Assembly (NCBI GenBank): GCA_947568765.1
Contig: CANOQA010000003.1
Span: forward strand, 28,468-92,467
Length of the DNA stretch: 64,000 nucleotides
Direction: 5' to 3'
DNA from: an uncultured Lactobacillus sp.
GTDB lineage: Bacteria; Bacillota; Bacilli; Lactobacillales; Lactobacillaceae
The translations under genes and the position numbers were made by a program. Shown one piece after another: positions 9,998 through 19,657 of this stretch. The notes beneath the pieces are model-generated. The model was not told the origin of the DNA, searched no databases, and was given only the letters and a program-made list of their open reading frames with translations. Every line of letters begins with the position of its first letter. Position 1 is the first letter of the stretch.

Positions 9998-10079
9998 TAA
10001 TTTGCCCTTCCTTGTAAAATTAACAGCTATTCTTATTATAACGAAAAATTCCTATTTTGCTCTACTTTTCAGTTATAGA

Positions 10080-10441
10080 TTATAAATGATTCTTTTCAGC
10101 TGCCTTAATTTGATCTGAACGACCAACAACATAAGTATAAAAATTTTCCGCATCTTGTGGATTTGTATTTTCATATGCTCTCAACACAATAGCTAATTCA
10201 TCTTTTCTTATCTGATGTAAACTTGCCGTTTGATAAATCATTGGATTATCACCCTTAGGAACTAATTTTAGAAAACTGTTAATCAATAAATGAGCTTTTT
10301 TATATACAACAGCTTGTAAACTATGAATATCTAACACTATTTTACGTTTGCCTACAAATAAGGGAGATGCATGTTTAATGGAAATCGTATCACCATCTCC
10401 TGACATCTCGCCGTTCATTCCTTGAACTACTATTTTGTCAT
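10080..10441 (-). pseudogene. Small DUF4429/PH-like protein, probably frameshifted after codon 3
   Basis: AGAAGG RBS then ATG ACA AAA TAG; one extra A restores MTKIVVQGMNGEMSGDGDTISIKH in frame with ORF 10080..10418. Confidence 0.5.
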
Positions 10442-10521
10442 CTTTTTAACCTTCTGCTTTTCCAATCTCACTACTTTATATACTAATTCTACCTAATTCA
10501 AAAGAAGAAAGAGATCATCTT

Positions 10522-11184
10522 CTAGCTCTCTTTACAAAAATCTTTAATTAAATCTAATAATTTCAAGCTATGAACAACATAACTATAGTGCGTTTGCCGA
10601 GGCATTAAAACCAAACGACAATTAGGTAATAGTTGGCTGTACCAACGAACGTGTTCAACCTTAACCCAGTCTTTTTCTCCTACAACACACAACGTTGGCG
10701 TTTCAATTCTTTTTAGAGTCTCAACAGGAATATGACTTTCCGTTAAAGCCACTTTACTATCTCGATCTCCCTTAAAAAATCCACGAATTGTATTAACAGC
10801 AATATGCTTGGCATTCACACCATTACCATTAACGTAAGTTCCAGCAACAATGATTTTAGAAACTAAATCAGGCGCTTGAGCCACTAAAGATAGTGTTACT
10901 AGACCTCCTGAACCAAAGCCCAAAATATAAGGTTTGTTTAATTTAAGCTCAGTAATAAATGCTCTTAAATCTTCTACTTCAGTTTGATAATGCTCACTAG
11001 CTTGTCCTTCACTTAAGCCATGTCCTCTCATATCTGGCACAATAACTGTGTAATACAAAGAGAGTGGAGCGACTAACTTATCAAATACTCCACCGTCTTG
11101 ATGATGTCCATGTAATAAAATTAAGGGATGTCCTTTACCCAATTTTTGATAATAAATTTCAACCCCATTAACTTTTATTTTCAT
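10522..11184 (-). CDS. Alpha/beta fold hydrolase
   Basis: PLILLHGH, PDMRGHGLS and PTLCVVGEKD motifs; the elbow reads GFGSGG. Confidence 0.85.
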   Translation of the reverse strand: MKIKVNGVEIYYQKLGKGHPLILLHGHHQDGGVFDKLVAPLSLYYTVIVPDMRGHGLSEGQASEHYQTEVEDLRAFITELKLNKPYILGFGSGGLVTLSLVAQAPDLVSKIIVAGTYVNGNGVNAKHIAVNTIRGFFKGDRDSKVALTESHIPVETLKRIETPTLCVVGEKDWVKVEHVRWYSQLLPNCRLVLMPRQTHYSYVVHSLKLLDLIKDFCKES

Positions 11185-11209
11185 ATTGAACCCTTTTAAC
11201 TATTATTTT

Positions 11210-12040
11210 TTATAAATCTTGATGATCAAAATCATTTAGAGATGCTTTTTTAGCAATTTTTTTACTTTCTTTTTGAGCTTCACGCTCTGCCATCAAACTT
11301 TTAATTATTTGACGCCAAACACGATAATTTGCTTTAAAATTATCTGGTATTTTCTTGGGATTAAGATCGTGAACCATACTATCAGCTCTTTGCCAATAAT
11401 GATAATAAGGTGTCGAACTATAGTAAAAGCCATTAGTTAAAGATACATATTTAACATTAAATATTTGATCTTCCATAAATGCCAAATCTTCTACAAAATG
11501 CAAATGATATTTCTTTACGATGTTAATTTTATATCCCTTATTCCAGGTATATCCCTTAACAGGTGACCCAAAGACATTAGTCATTTTTAAATATGCTTCT
11601 CTTTTATCAATTAAGCCACCACTAGTCTTATTTCCTACTGGATGACTTTCATGACGCTTTTCTGAATCAATCCAAAAACCACAAGAGACAATATCAACAT
11701 CAGGATGTTCGTCAAAGGCTCTGACAAAAAAAGCGGTATAACCAGGATCAACCCAGTCGTCTCCATCATGAAAAGTAAAATATGGTGTAGTTACATGTGT
11801 CATTCCGACATTTCTAGCGTCAGAAAGACCACCATTTTTTTTATTAATAATATCAAAATAAAGAAACCGATCACGATATTGCTCAGCTACTTCGCGAGTC
11901 TTATCCTTTGATCCGTCATTAACAATTAATAATTTAAAATTTCTATCTTTTTGTTTTGTTAAAGCTTCAAGCGCCCGACCTAAATATTTTTCCATATTAT
12001 AGACAGGCATAATTACCGTTAACATTGGCTGGCGTAACAC
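11210..12040 (-). CDS. Glycosyltransferase family 2
   Basis: IMPVYN, VNDGSKD, NGGLSDARN, FHDGDDW and ED motifs. Confidence 0.92.
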   Translation of the reverse strand: MLRQPMLTVIMPVYNMEKYLGRALEALTKQKDRNFKLLIVNDGSKDKTREVAEQYRDRFLYFDIINKKNGGLSDARNVGMTHVTTPYFTFHDGDDWVDPGYTAFFVRAFDEHPDVDIVSCGFWIDSEKRHESHPVGNKTSGGLIDKREAYLKMTNVFGSPVKGYTWNKGYKINIVKKYHLHFVEDLAFMEDQIFNVKYVSLTNGFYYSSTPYYHYWQRADSMVHDLNPKKIPDNFKANYRVWRQIIKSLMAEREAQKESKKIAKKASLNDFDHQDL

Positions 12041-12162
12041 GGCGTCTGCCTCCTTTTGCTTATGATTATAGCATCTTAATACTTATTTACATAATTCACT
12101 TGATTATTTAGGTTATAATATAGCCATTAAAATGAGTATCTTTCATAAGGAGAATAATTATT

Positions 12163-13131
12163 ATGAAAAAAATACTAATTGCATTTCTAGCTATTCTAAC
12201 AAGTGGATTTTTAAGCTTAGCCACTTTTGCTAATAATAAAATTGCAAAAGCAGATGATAACAATACTCCTGTTGTAACATTAGGTACATCTCTTACCTCT
12301 TCTCAAAAACAAGGAACAATTAATACCCTAACACAATCATTAAATGGTACTAACTACACTACCATCACAATTACTGGGTCTGATCTTGTCAAATACCTTA
12401 ACCCTTCTGGCTATGACTTCACCAACAATTCTGGTGTCTGGTCAAGTGCAATGGTCCAAAAGACCAACTCTGGTAGTGGAATTAATGTTCATATTTTACC
12501 TTATAATGGTCACAATAACATTACAACAATTACTGCTAACCAATATAAAAATGCCGCTTTAACTGCTGGTATTTCAGACGCTGATATTTATGTCACTTCT
12601 GCTACTCCAATTGATGGATCTGGTGCTTTAGCAGGCGTATATGCCGCTTATGCTAAAAATGGCAATTCATTAAATCAAAGCCAAATTAATGCTGCACAAA
12701 CAGAAATGAATACCCTGAGTAAAATTACTAACCAAAATAAGAGTAAAGAAGGCTACTCAGATGCCCAATTAAATAATGCTATTGCTGGAGCTAAAAAGGA
12801 AATGGCTAAACAAGGTCAAAATATTTCTAATAGTCAAATTAGAGATATTGTTAATAATCAAATTAATATTAATCATCTCGGTGACACAATTAACAACGAC
12901 CAAAAAGAGCAAATTATTAATGTTTTAATTAAGGTCAAAAATTCTGGTGCCTTAAAAGATAAAAATTTCCAGCAACAAGCTGGTCAATTAACTGACCAAA
13001 TTCAATCTGGTGCTAAAAACATTTTTTCAAAATTCAATACCCCGGAAACCCGCAACTGGTTCCAAAAGTTAATTGATTCTATTGTTAACTGGTTTAGAAA
13101 TATTTTCGGCGGTGCAATTATTTTAAAATAA
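12163..13131 (+). CDS. DUF1002 (YpuA-like) secreted protein
   Basis: Signal peptide; NITTITANQYKNAALTAGI and GSGALAGVY motifs. Confidence 0.85.
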   Translation: MKKILIAFLAILTSGFLSLATFANNKIAKADDNNTPVVTLGTSLTSSQKQGTINTLTQSLNGTNYTTITITGSDLVKYLNPSGYDFTNNSGVWSSAMVQKTNSGSGINVHILPYNGHNNITTITANQYKNAALTAGISDADIYVTSATPIDGSGALAGVYAAYAKNGNSLNQSQINAAQTEMNTLSKITNQNKSKEGYSDAQLNNAIAGAKKEMAKQGQNISNSQIRDIVNNQININHLGDTINNDQKEQIINVLIKVKNSGALKDKNFQQQAGQLTDQIQSGAKNIFSKFNTPETRNWFQKLIDSIVNWFRNIFGGAIILK

Positions 13132-13136
13132 ATTAA

Positions 13137-13206
13137 GAAAAAAGACGGCTAAATATAGCCGTCTCCGTCGTCAAAACTAGTACCTGCGTGCGTTCTAGTC
13201 TTTCAC
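13137..13206 (-). ncRNA. Candidate ~70-nt small RNA
   Basis: Extended -10 TGcTATAAT (13220-13212); hairpin AAGACTAG/CTAGTTTT; terminator AGACGGCTA-TATT-TAGCCGTCT-TTTTT; the upstream gene already has its own terminator (about 13241-13271). Confidence 0.6.
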
Positions 13207-13294
13207 TTATTATTATAGCAACTACTAGTAAAAGTGCATCAAAAAAGGTCTGCAATTTGCAGACTTTTTTTGTTTATCAAGCGGATTTTAATAA

Positions 13295-13489
13295 TTATTC
13301 TGTTTTAGTTGTATCAGATTTTTCAGAATTTTCAGCAGTTTCTTCGTCTACGAATTCTGGATCTTCATCTTCAACTACATCATCATTATTATTAACTTTA
13401 TCTATAATTTTCTTGGTTACTACTACAGCTACACCAACAGCCGTGCAAATTGCTGTACCAATACCAATTACTTTAAAAAACTTTTTCAT
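13295..13489 (-). CDS. Small membrane-anchored protein with acidic tail
   Basis: 64 aa, one TM helix, D/E-rich C-terminus; GAGGTG RBS; own terminator. Confidence 0.75.
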   Translation of the reverse strand: MKKFFKVIGIGTAICTAVGVAVVVTKKIIDKVNNNDDVVEDEDPEFVDEETAENSEKSDTTKTE

Positions 13490-13571
13490 AATATCACCTC
13501 ATTTAAATTAATTTATGCACTTTCAATTCTTATTATAGTCGCTATTTATAATATTACGAATTTTTAAACTT

Positions 13572-14324
13572 TTATCTCATCTTATTCATGTATCGATTTA
13601 GTTCATGATCAACAAAAATATTTCCGTCGTTATCCGCGTGTCCTTTAGTCCAGCTAAATGTACTATCTGGAAAACTACCTAACAAACTGTCTAATCTCTT
13701 CCATTCATTAACGTTAATCAAAGGCCCATTCGATCGTCTCCAGCCACGTTTCTTCCAGCCTTCAATCCAGTGCTTATTAATTCCATTTAAAACATATTGA
13801 GAATCTAAAACAAACAAGAGACGTTTTTCATTAAAACCAAGTTCTATTAACTTTTCTAAAGCATTAATCAAACCCAATAACTCCATCTTATTGTTAGTTG
13901 CGCCAAATTCTCCACCAGAACCATAGGTACGGCCATCTGTCCATTCAATTAAGTAAGCCCACGCAGCTTTATCGGTTTTATTAACATGACCACCTTTATG
14001 AACACCGGTATTTCTTGATCCACCATCAGTATAGATAGTTGCGAAATATTCAGATGATCCATTGGAGGCAGCCTGATGTACCTTTGCACTTTTAGCTTTT
14101 GAAATACTATTAGCTTTAATTTTTTCAATTGCCCTATTTAAAGAATCTTCCTTTACAACATCTGGTTGTGTCTCTTTATTCCAATTCAAATATTCAGTAG
14201 CATCCGTAATTTTAGCAAATGATTTATATTCTGCTCCTGAATAACCATCCACTTGTTTCTTAGCATCTTCCCATGTTCGATAAACACCAGGTGTACGCCC
14301 TTTTTTCACTGCGTAAAATTTCAT
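13572..14324 (-). CDS. rnhA: Ribonuclease HI with N-terminal hybrid-binding (viroplasmin) domain
   Basis: KFYAVKKGRTPGVYRTWED; IYTDGGS, TNNKMEL, DSQYV and WTKGHAD motifs. Confidence 0.93.
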   Translation of the reverse strand: MKFYAVKKGRTPGVYRTWEDAKKQVDGYSGAEYKSFAKITDATEYLNWNKETQPDVVKEDSLNRAIEKIKANSISKAKSAKVHQAASNGSSEYFATIYTDGGSRNTGVHKGGHVNKTDKAAWAYLIEWTDGRTYGSGGEFGATNNKMELLGLINALEKLIELGFNEKRLLFVLDSQYVLNGINKHWIEGWKKRGWRRSNGPLINVNEWKRLDSLLGSFPDSTFSWTKGHADNDGNIFVDHELNRYMNKMR

Positions 14325-14380
14325 ATTTAATCTCTCTTCCCTACTAATGACTATAAAATGTTAGAATAATTTTAACGCTA

Positions 14381-15331
14381 ATGCTAGCAGAAAGGAGGAA
14401 GAGTATGTTTTTTATTCAAAAAAAGTATAGTGAAGAAGTTGAAAAAAATAATAAGCATAAAAATAAGGAACCTAGTATTGCCCGAATGTCAGTCTTAGGT
14501 TTAATGGCTACCTTTACTCCTACTCGTTGGCTACTTAGAATACACAAAAGAAAAGTTGAAGACAGCTCCTCTATTGAAGACCCAGAGTTTACTATCGAAC
14601 AAATACCAATTTTTTATGTTCATGGCTTTCGAGGTGGAGACTATACAACGAACAAAATGGTAGAAGCAGCATGTAAAGCTAAAAATACAGACAAATTTCT
14701 AAAAGCAACTATTGATCCTTTTGGAAATTTCATCTTAGAAGGTACTTGGACAGCTGATAAGCAGCCAATTGTTCAATTAATATTTAAAGATCGAATCGCT
14801 GGCGTTTATGCTACTTCATATTACTTACGTGCTGCCCTTTCTTACTTAAGCAAAAGATATCATTTTAAAAAATATAGTGCAGTTGCTCATTCATTAGGTG
14901 CACCCTCAGTAATAAAAGCTGAAATGAAGACTAGTTTAAGAAAAAACTTTCCTCACTTAGATCACTGTGCATTAATTGCTGGCCCGTTTGATGGAGTAAT
15001 GTACTTAGGAGATTTACCGAATGTTAACCGCCTTAATGAAAAGGGACGTCCAATTTTAATGAGTACTTCTTACTTAGGGATGCTATTTAATCAAAGACGC
15101 TTCAATCCCGATATTTCAGTTTTAAATATTTACGGAAATATTTTAGACGAAACAAATACCGACCGCTTTATATCTGTTGTATCAGCTAAGTCGATTCGCT
15201 ATATTCTTGCTCCAGTTGCTCATTCTTTCCAAGAAGTAGAAGTTCGAGGAGATGCAGCTGAACACAGTATTTTGCATGACAATCCCTTTGTGATTAATAT
15301 TATTAACAAGTTCTTGAAGTTAACAGATTAA
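14381..15331 (+). CDS. DUF915-type alpha/beta hydrolase
   Basis: PIFYVHGFRG, VAHSLGA, IAGPFDG and AEHSILH motifs. Confidence 0.85.
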   Translation: MLAERRKSMFFIQKKYSEEVEKNNKHKNKEPSIARMSVLGLMATFTPTRWLLRIHKRKVEDSSSIEDPEFTIEQIPIFYVHGFRGGDYTTNKMVEAACKAKNTDKFLKATIDPFGNFILEGTWTADKQPIVQLIFKDRIAGVYATSYYLRAALSYLSKRYHFKKYSAVAHSLGAPSVIKAEMKTSLRKNFPHLDHCALIAGPFDGVMYLGDLPNVNRLNEKGRPILMSTSYLGMLFNQRRFNPDISVLNIYGNILDETNTDRFISVVSAKSIRYILAPVAHSFQEVEVRGDAAEHSILHDNPFVINIINKFLKLTD

Positions 15332-15358
15332 TAATTTTATAAAGAGAGAAAAACAACT

Positions 15359-16066
15359 ATGTATTATATGCCATTTTTTTATGATCCATATTTTTGGATG
15401 ATTATCTTAGGTGTAGCAATTTCAGGCTGGGCCTCAATGAATGTTAATTCAACCTTTAACCGCTATGATCAAATTCAAAATCATGGTAACTACACAGGAA
15501 AAGTAGCTGCACGTTATATTCTAGATCAAGCAGGTCTCTACGAAGTAGAGATTCGTGAAGTTGCGGGTAATTTGACTGATAATTATAATCCAACTAATAA
15601 AGTTTTGAGCCTTTCTCAATCTGTCTATAATTCTTCATCGATTGCAGCTGTTGGTGTAGCTGCTCACGAAGTAGGACATGCTCTACAAGATGCCAGTGAT
15701 TACGCTCCAATGAGACTGCGTTCTGCCTTAGTTCCAATCGTTTCTCTCGGCTCTAACTTGTCAATGCCATTAATTCTTTTAGGTCTAGTCTTAGGAATGA
15801 ATCAAACATTAATTAAAATTGGTATTTGGTGCTTTGCTTTAGTTCTTGTATTCCAAGTAGTAACGCTACCCGTTGAGTTTAACGCCTCACATCGTGCATT
15901 ACGCATGTTAAACAATGGTGCTATTTTAGATCCACAAGAAATGCCGATAGCTCGCAAAGTACTATTTGCGGCTGCCTTAACTTACGTAGCTGCTGTTTTA
16001 ACAAGCATGTTACAATTATTTAGACTTATCCTTATCTTCGGTAGACATAACGACGATAACAACTAA
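15359..16066 (+). CDS. Membrane zinc metallopeptidase (YugP-like)
   Basis: AAHEVGHALQ, TLPVEFNAS and AAALTYVAA motifs. Confidence 0.92.
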   Translation: MYYMPFFYDPYFWMIILGVAISGWASMNVNSTFNRYDQIQNHGNYTGKVAARYILDQAGLYEVEIREVAGNLTDNYNPTNKVLSLSQSVYNSSSIAAVGVAAHEVGHALQDASDYAPMRLRSALVPIVSLGSNLSMPLILLGLVLGMNQTLIKIGIWCFALVLVFQVVTLPVEFNASHRALRMLNNGAILDPQEMPIARKVLFAAALTYVAAVLTSMLQLFRLILIFGRHNDDNN

Positions 16067-16085
16067 GTTAACAGGAGGGATACTT

Positions 16086-17540
16086 ATTTTTTCGAATGAA
16101 TTCTGGGCTCTTCTTTGGGCAGTTAATACCCTTTTAGCCTTTTACGTTGTATTCCACAGAAAAAGATCTGTTGCAACCTCGTGGGCTTGGTTAATCATTT
16201 TGTTAATTTTCCCTGTACTTGGTTTTATTCTATATGGCTTTATTGGACGTGGTCTGTCACAAGAGAATCTCTTTGCTATTAATAACCAAAAGCATATTGG
16301 TCTTGATAAAGTAAATAAAATGATCCCGCGTATTCCTAAAGCTGCGGGGCCAACTGATACTTCTAAAGAGGCTAAAATTTTAATAGATTATTTCAACTTC
16401 AAACACGATTCTCCACTTTCCAAAAATAATAAAATTAGTTTTTATACAGATGGAGAAGAAAAGTTTAAACGACTTTTTAAAGACATCGAAGAGGCACAAG
16501 AAACTATTAACGTTGAATATTATTCATTTATGAACGACGATTTAGGGAACAAATTTCTTAATCTTCTAATAAAAAAAGCTCGTGAAGGTGTTAAAGTCAG
16601 ACTTATTTATGATCCATGGGGTTCGCCTGGAGCTTCAAAAACATGGTTCAAGCCTTTAACTGATCTAGGTGGCGAAGTAGCCGCCTTTATCACTTCTCAA
16701 AATATGATAAAAAAATACCGTATGAATTATCACCTTCACCGAAAAATCGTAGTTATAGACGGCAAAATTTCATGGACCGGTGGCTTTAATGTCGGCGATC
16801 AATATGTAAGCAAAAGTAAGAAATTTGGCTACTGGCGTGATACTCATCTTAGAATTGTCGGTTCTGCATCATTGTTACTTCAAGAGCGTTTTGTAATGGA
16901 TTGGAATGCTTCAATAACAGATAAAGGAGAGACAATCTCTTTTAATGAAAAACTTTTTCCAAAAATTGAAGAAAATAAACTCACAGAAGATGATGTAGCC
17001 ACACAAATTGTTTCAGACGGGCCGGATACTTCTACTCCTTACTTACGTAACGGTATGATTCGAATGATGATGATGGCAAGAAAAACATTATGGATTCAAA
17101 CCCCCTACCTTGTTCCAGATGATCCAATGATTGCTACTTGGGTTATTGCAGCCCATTCAGGAGTAGATGTACGCATTATGATTCCGTCAATGCCTGATCA
17201 TCCCTTCATTTATCGCGCAACGCAATGGTATGCCAACTACTTGCTACATGAAGGAATTAGAATCTACGTTTACAATAATGGTTTTATTCATGCTAAAACT
17301 GTCATGGTTGACGATCGCTTTTCAGCAGTTGGATCAATGAACCAAGATTTCCGGTCATATAGCTTAAATTTTGAAGCTGATGCTATTTTTTACGATAAAA
17401 ATATTACCTGGGAATTAAATTGCATTTTTGAAAGAGATTTAGAAAAATGTAGTGAGTTAACCTTAGATATTACTACAAATTGGTCTCGTTATCTTCGTTT
17501 TAAACAAGCATTTTCTAGATTACTTTCTCCCATTCTATAA
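16086..17540 (+). CDS. cls: Cardiolipin synthase (probable ATT start)
   Basis: Two HKD motifs (HRKIVVID, HAKTVMVD). The frame extends 38 codons upstream of 16200 through the PLDc_N helices to an ATT 7 nt after GGAGG. Confidence 0.93.
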   Translation: MFSNEFWALLWAVNTLLAFYVVFHRKRSVATSWAWLIILLIFPVLGFILYGFIGRGLSQENLFAINNQKHIGLDKVNKMIPRIPKAAGPTDTSKEAKILIDYFNFKHDSPLSKNNKISFYTDGEEKFKRLFKDIEEAQETINVEYYSFMNDDLGNKFLNLLIKKAREGVKVRLIYDPWGSPGASKTWFKPLTDLGGEVAAFITSQNMIKKYRMNYHLHRKIVVIDGKISWTGGFNVGDQYVSKSKKFGYWRDTHLRIVGSASLLLQERFVMDWNASITDKGETISFNEKLFPKIEENKLTEDDVATQIVSDGPDTSTPYLRNGMIRMMMMARKTLWIQTPYLVPDDPMIATWVIAAHSGVDVRIMIPSMPDHPFIYRATQWYANYLLHEGIRIYVYNNGFIHAKTVMVDDRFSAVGSMNQDFRSYSLNFEADAIFYDKNITWELNCIFERDLEKCSELTLDITTNWSRYLRFKQAFSRLLSPIL

Positions 17541-17679
17541 AAAAGTGTCTGGGAAGAAACTCAGAAATTAAGAAATCCTACTAAATCTTGGTATTGATAA
17601 ACCTTGATTTAATAGGATTTTTCTTTTGAGTAAAAGTCCGAAATTAACTAAAAGCAGACTTTTTTCCCAGACACTTTTT
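17540..17679. mobile_element. MITE-like element with IS-type terminal inverted repeats (IS1182-like ends)
   Basis: AAAAAGTGTCTGGGAAGAAA ... TTTTTTCCCAGACACTTTTT, with an inner imperfect repeat AAATCCTACTAAATC/GATTTAATAGGATTT; no ORF. Confidence 0.65.
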
Positions 17680-17695
17680 GTGCTCTTAGTCTTTC

Positions 17696-18172
17696 TTACA
17701 TTATGGATTGAACCTCAATCCCAACATTTGATCCTAAATATTTTCTAATATTTATAATTACATCATTAATTTGTTGAGAGAATCTCAAATAGTACGCTTG
17801 GCGATTATTGGTCTGAAAGATAGCCATTACAGTTGGCTTTTTAGGATTGGGAACAGCAATCAAGGTTACATGAGCAATGTCAGTATACTTAACAGTGCGT
17901 TTAAAATATCCACTTACTACTAATCGTTTCTTAGATAAGCCACTAACACCATCGATAATACTCATTAGTAAAAATGTTGCAATAAAGATATTCATGAGTA
18001 ATGTTGGATCAGTAAAGTAATCTAAGTAAAAACCAATCAATAAGAAAATTAAAGCCCAAATAACAGATGAACTCCTAAAACGAGCCTTATAATCAATGTT
18101 CGCTTGCCAATACCAACTATAAAAAATATAGCCAATCAGCAAAATATCAAAAGTAATATATAAAAGTGACAT
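17696..18172 (-). CDS. Hypothetical membrane protein (3 TM plus soluble PH-like tail)
   Basis: ORF with GAAGGA RBS before MSLLY. Confidence 0.7.
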   Translation of the reverse strand: MSLLYITFDILLIGYIFYSWYWQANIDYKARFRSSSVIWALIFLLIGFYLDYFTDPTLLMNIFIATFLLMSIIDGVSGLSKKRLVVSGYFKRTVKYTDIAHVTLIAVPNPKKPTVMAIFQTNNRQAYYLRFSQQINDVIINIRKYLGSNVGIEVQSIM

Positions 18173-18297
18173 ATTTTTCCTTCTAAAATTTATCAATTAT
18201 CGTTAAATTTCTATTTCAATTATAACAAATACCACTTTTCCTCTCATCATTCTATAATTAAGTTAGTCGAAAATTAATAGAAACAGGAGGTCTTTAA

Positions 18298-19011
18298 ATG
18301 GATTTAGATAAACAAATTGCTACACTGCAAGCGGATCTTAATAATGCTCAGCATGTCACCTATTTAACTGGAGCTGGCGTTTCAACACCATCTCATATTC
18401 CCGATTACCGTTCAAAAAATGGAATCTATAATGGTATTTCTAAAAGCCCAGAACAGATACTGAGTGAAGATACTCTTTTTCATGAACCAGCTAAATTTCA
18501 TCAATTTGTAATGGAAAATATGTATTTTCCAAATGCTCAACCAAATATCATTCATAAAAAAATTGCCGCTAGTTGCAATAAAAATGGTATTTTAATTACT
18601 CAAAACGTAGATGGTCTAGATAAAAAAGCAGGCAATAAACATGTAATCGAATTTCATGGTAATCTTTACAACATTTTTTGTACAAAATGTTATGAAAGAA
18701 TTTCTTATGATGAATACAAAAAATCATATTTTCATGAAAAAGATAATGGCATCATTCGACCTGGAATTGTTTTATATGGAGAGTCGATTAATGAGGATAT
18801 TTTAATTAATTCAATAAAAAATATTCAAAATAGTGATTTAGTTATTATTGCTGGAACCAGTTTTGTTGTTTATCCTTTTGCTCAACTTCTTGCTTATAAA
18901 AAGCCGAATGCAAAGGTCTGGGTTATCAATAATACCATCGTTCCTACACCTGAGGAAGTTTCAACAATCATTTCAGATGCCGAAAAAGTATTTGACAAAT
19001 TATATATATAA
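18298..19011 (+). CDS. Sir2-family NAD-dependent protein deacylase
   Basis: TGAGVSTPSHIPDYRS, ITQNVDGL, EFHGN, RPGIVLYGE and GTSFVVYP motifs. Confidence 0.93.
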   Translation: MDLDKQIATLQADLNNAQHVTYLTGAGVSTPSHIPDYRSKNGIYNGISKSPEQILSEDTLFHEPAKFHQFVMENMYFPNAQPNIIHKKIAASCNKNGILITQNVDGLDKKAGNKHVIEFHGNLYNIFCTKCYERISYDEYKKSYFHEKDNGIIRPGIVLYGESINEDILINSIKNIQNSDLVIIAGTSFVVYPFAQLLAYKKPNAKVWVINNTIVPTPEEVSTIISDAEKVFDKLYI

Positions 19012-19126
19012 TCGATATTATCTTAACTAACATTTTATTTAATTCATCAATTACTCTTTATGTTATTTTTTGCTATATAATATAAGGTAGAGCTAATATA
19101 TTAATTAAAAGAAGGGTTAAGATTAA

Positions 19127-19657
19127 ATGCCACTTGCTCAAGCAAAAGTTTTTTACTATGATTTTGTTAAAATTAAACCATGGATCTATGAAATAGTTAT
19201 TAGTGACCTAGGACTAGCTTTTGTTGGTTCTAAAAATAGTAATATTGAATCTTCAATTTTAGGATTTTATCCTAACCACCTTCTTATTCAGGATTCAAAA
19301 AAATTAGCTCCTTATGTGCAACAACTCAAAGAATATTTTGCAGGCAAACGTCGTTCTTTTACTGTCCCAATTGACTATTCAAGTTTCGGAACTCCCTTTC
19401 AAAATCAAATCGTTAAAATGATTGAAAATATTCCTTATGGAACAACCATCTCCTATAATGACCTAGCATCTGCTGTCAATGGCTCTACATCGGTTAGAAC
19501 GGTTGCTCATGCAGTTGCTTTAAACCCATCTCTAATTTTTATTCCTAGTCATCGTGTAATTTTAGCTCCGGACAAGGTAGGAAGTTATAGAATGGGAGAA
19601 GAAGAAAAACAACGTTTAATAAAACTTGAAGAAGGCTATTTGAATGCAGCTGATTAA
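19127..19657 (+). CDS. Ogt/MGMT-family alkyltransferase homologue (PSHR, no acceptor Cys)
   Basis: QLKEYFAG, IPYGTTISY and NPSLIFIPSHRVI motifs. Confidence 0.85.
   Translation: MPLAQAKVFYYDFVKIKPWIYEIVISDLGLAFVGSKNSNIESSILGFYPNHLLIQDSKKLAPYVQQLKEYFAGKRRSFTVPIDYSSFGTPFQNQIVKMIENIPYGTTISYNDLASAVNGSTSVRTVAHAVALNPSLIFIPSHRVILAPDKVGSYRMGEEEKQRLIKLEEGYLNAAD

Noticed and set aside
13137-13489. Type I toxin-antitoxin interpretation of the 64-aa gene plus sRNA
   Set aside because: Both are on the same strand with no visible complementarity, and the protein has a long acidic tail unlike type I toxins.
13188-13511. 107-aa plus-strand ORF
   Set aside because: Antisense to the 64-aa gene and spans its terminator; Ser/Thr content simply mirrors the opposite strand.
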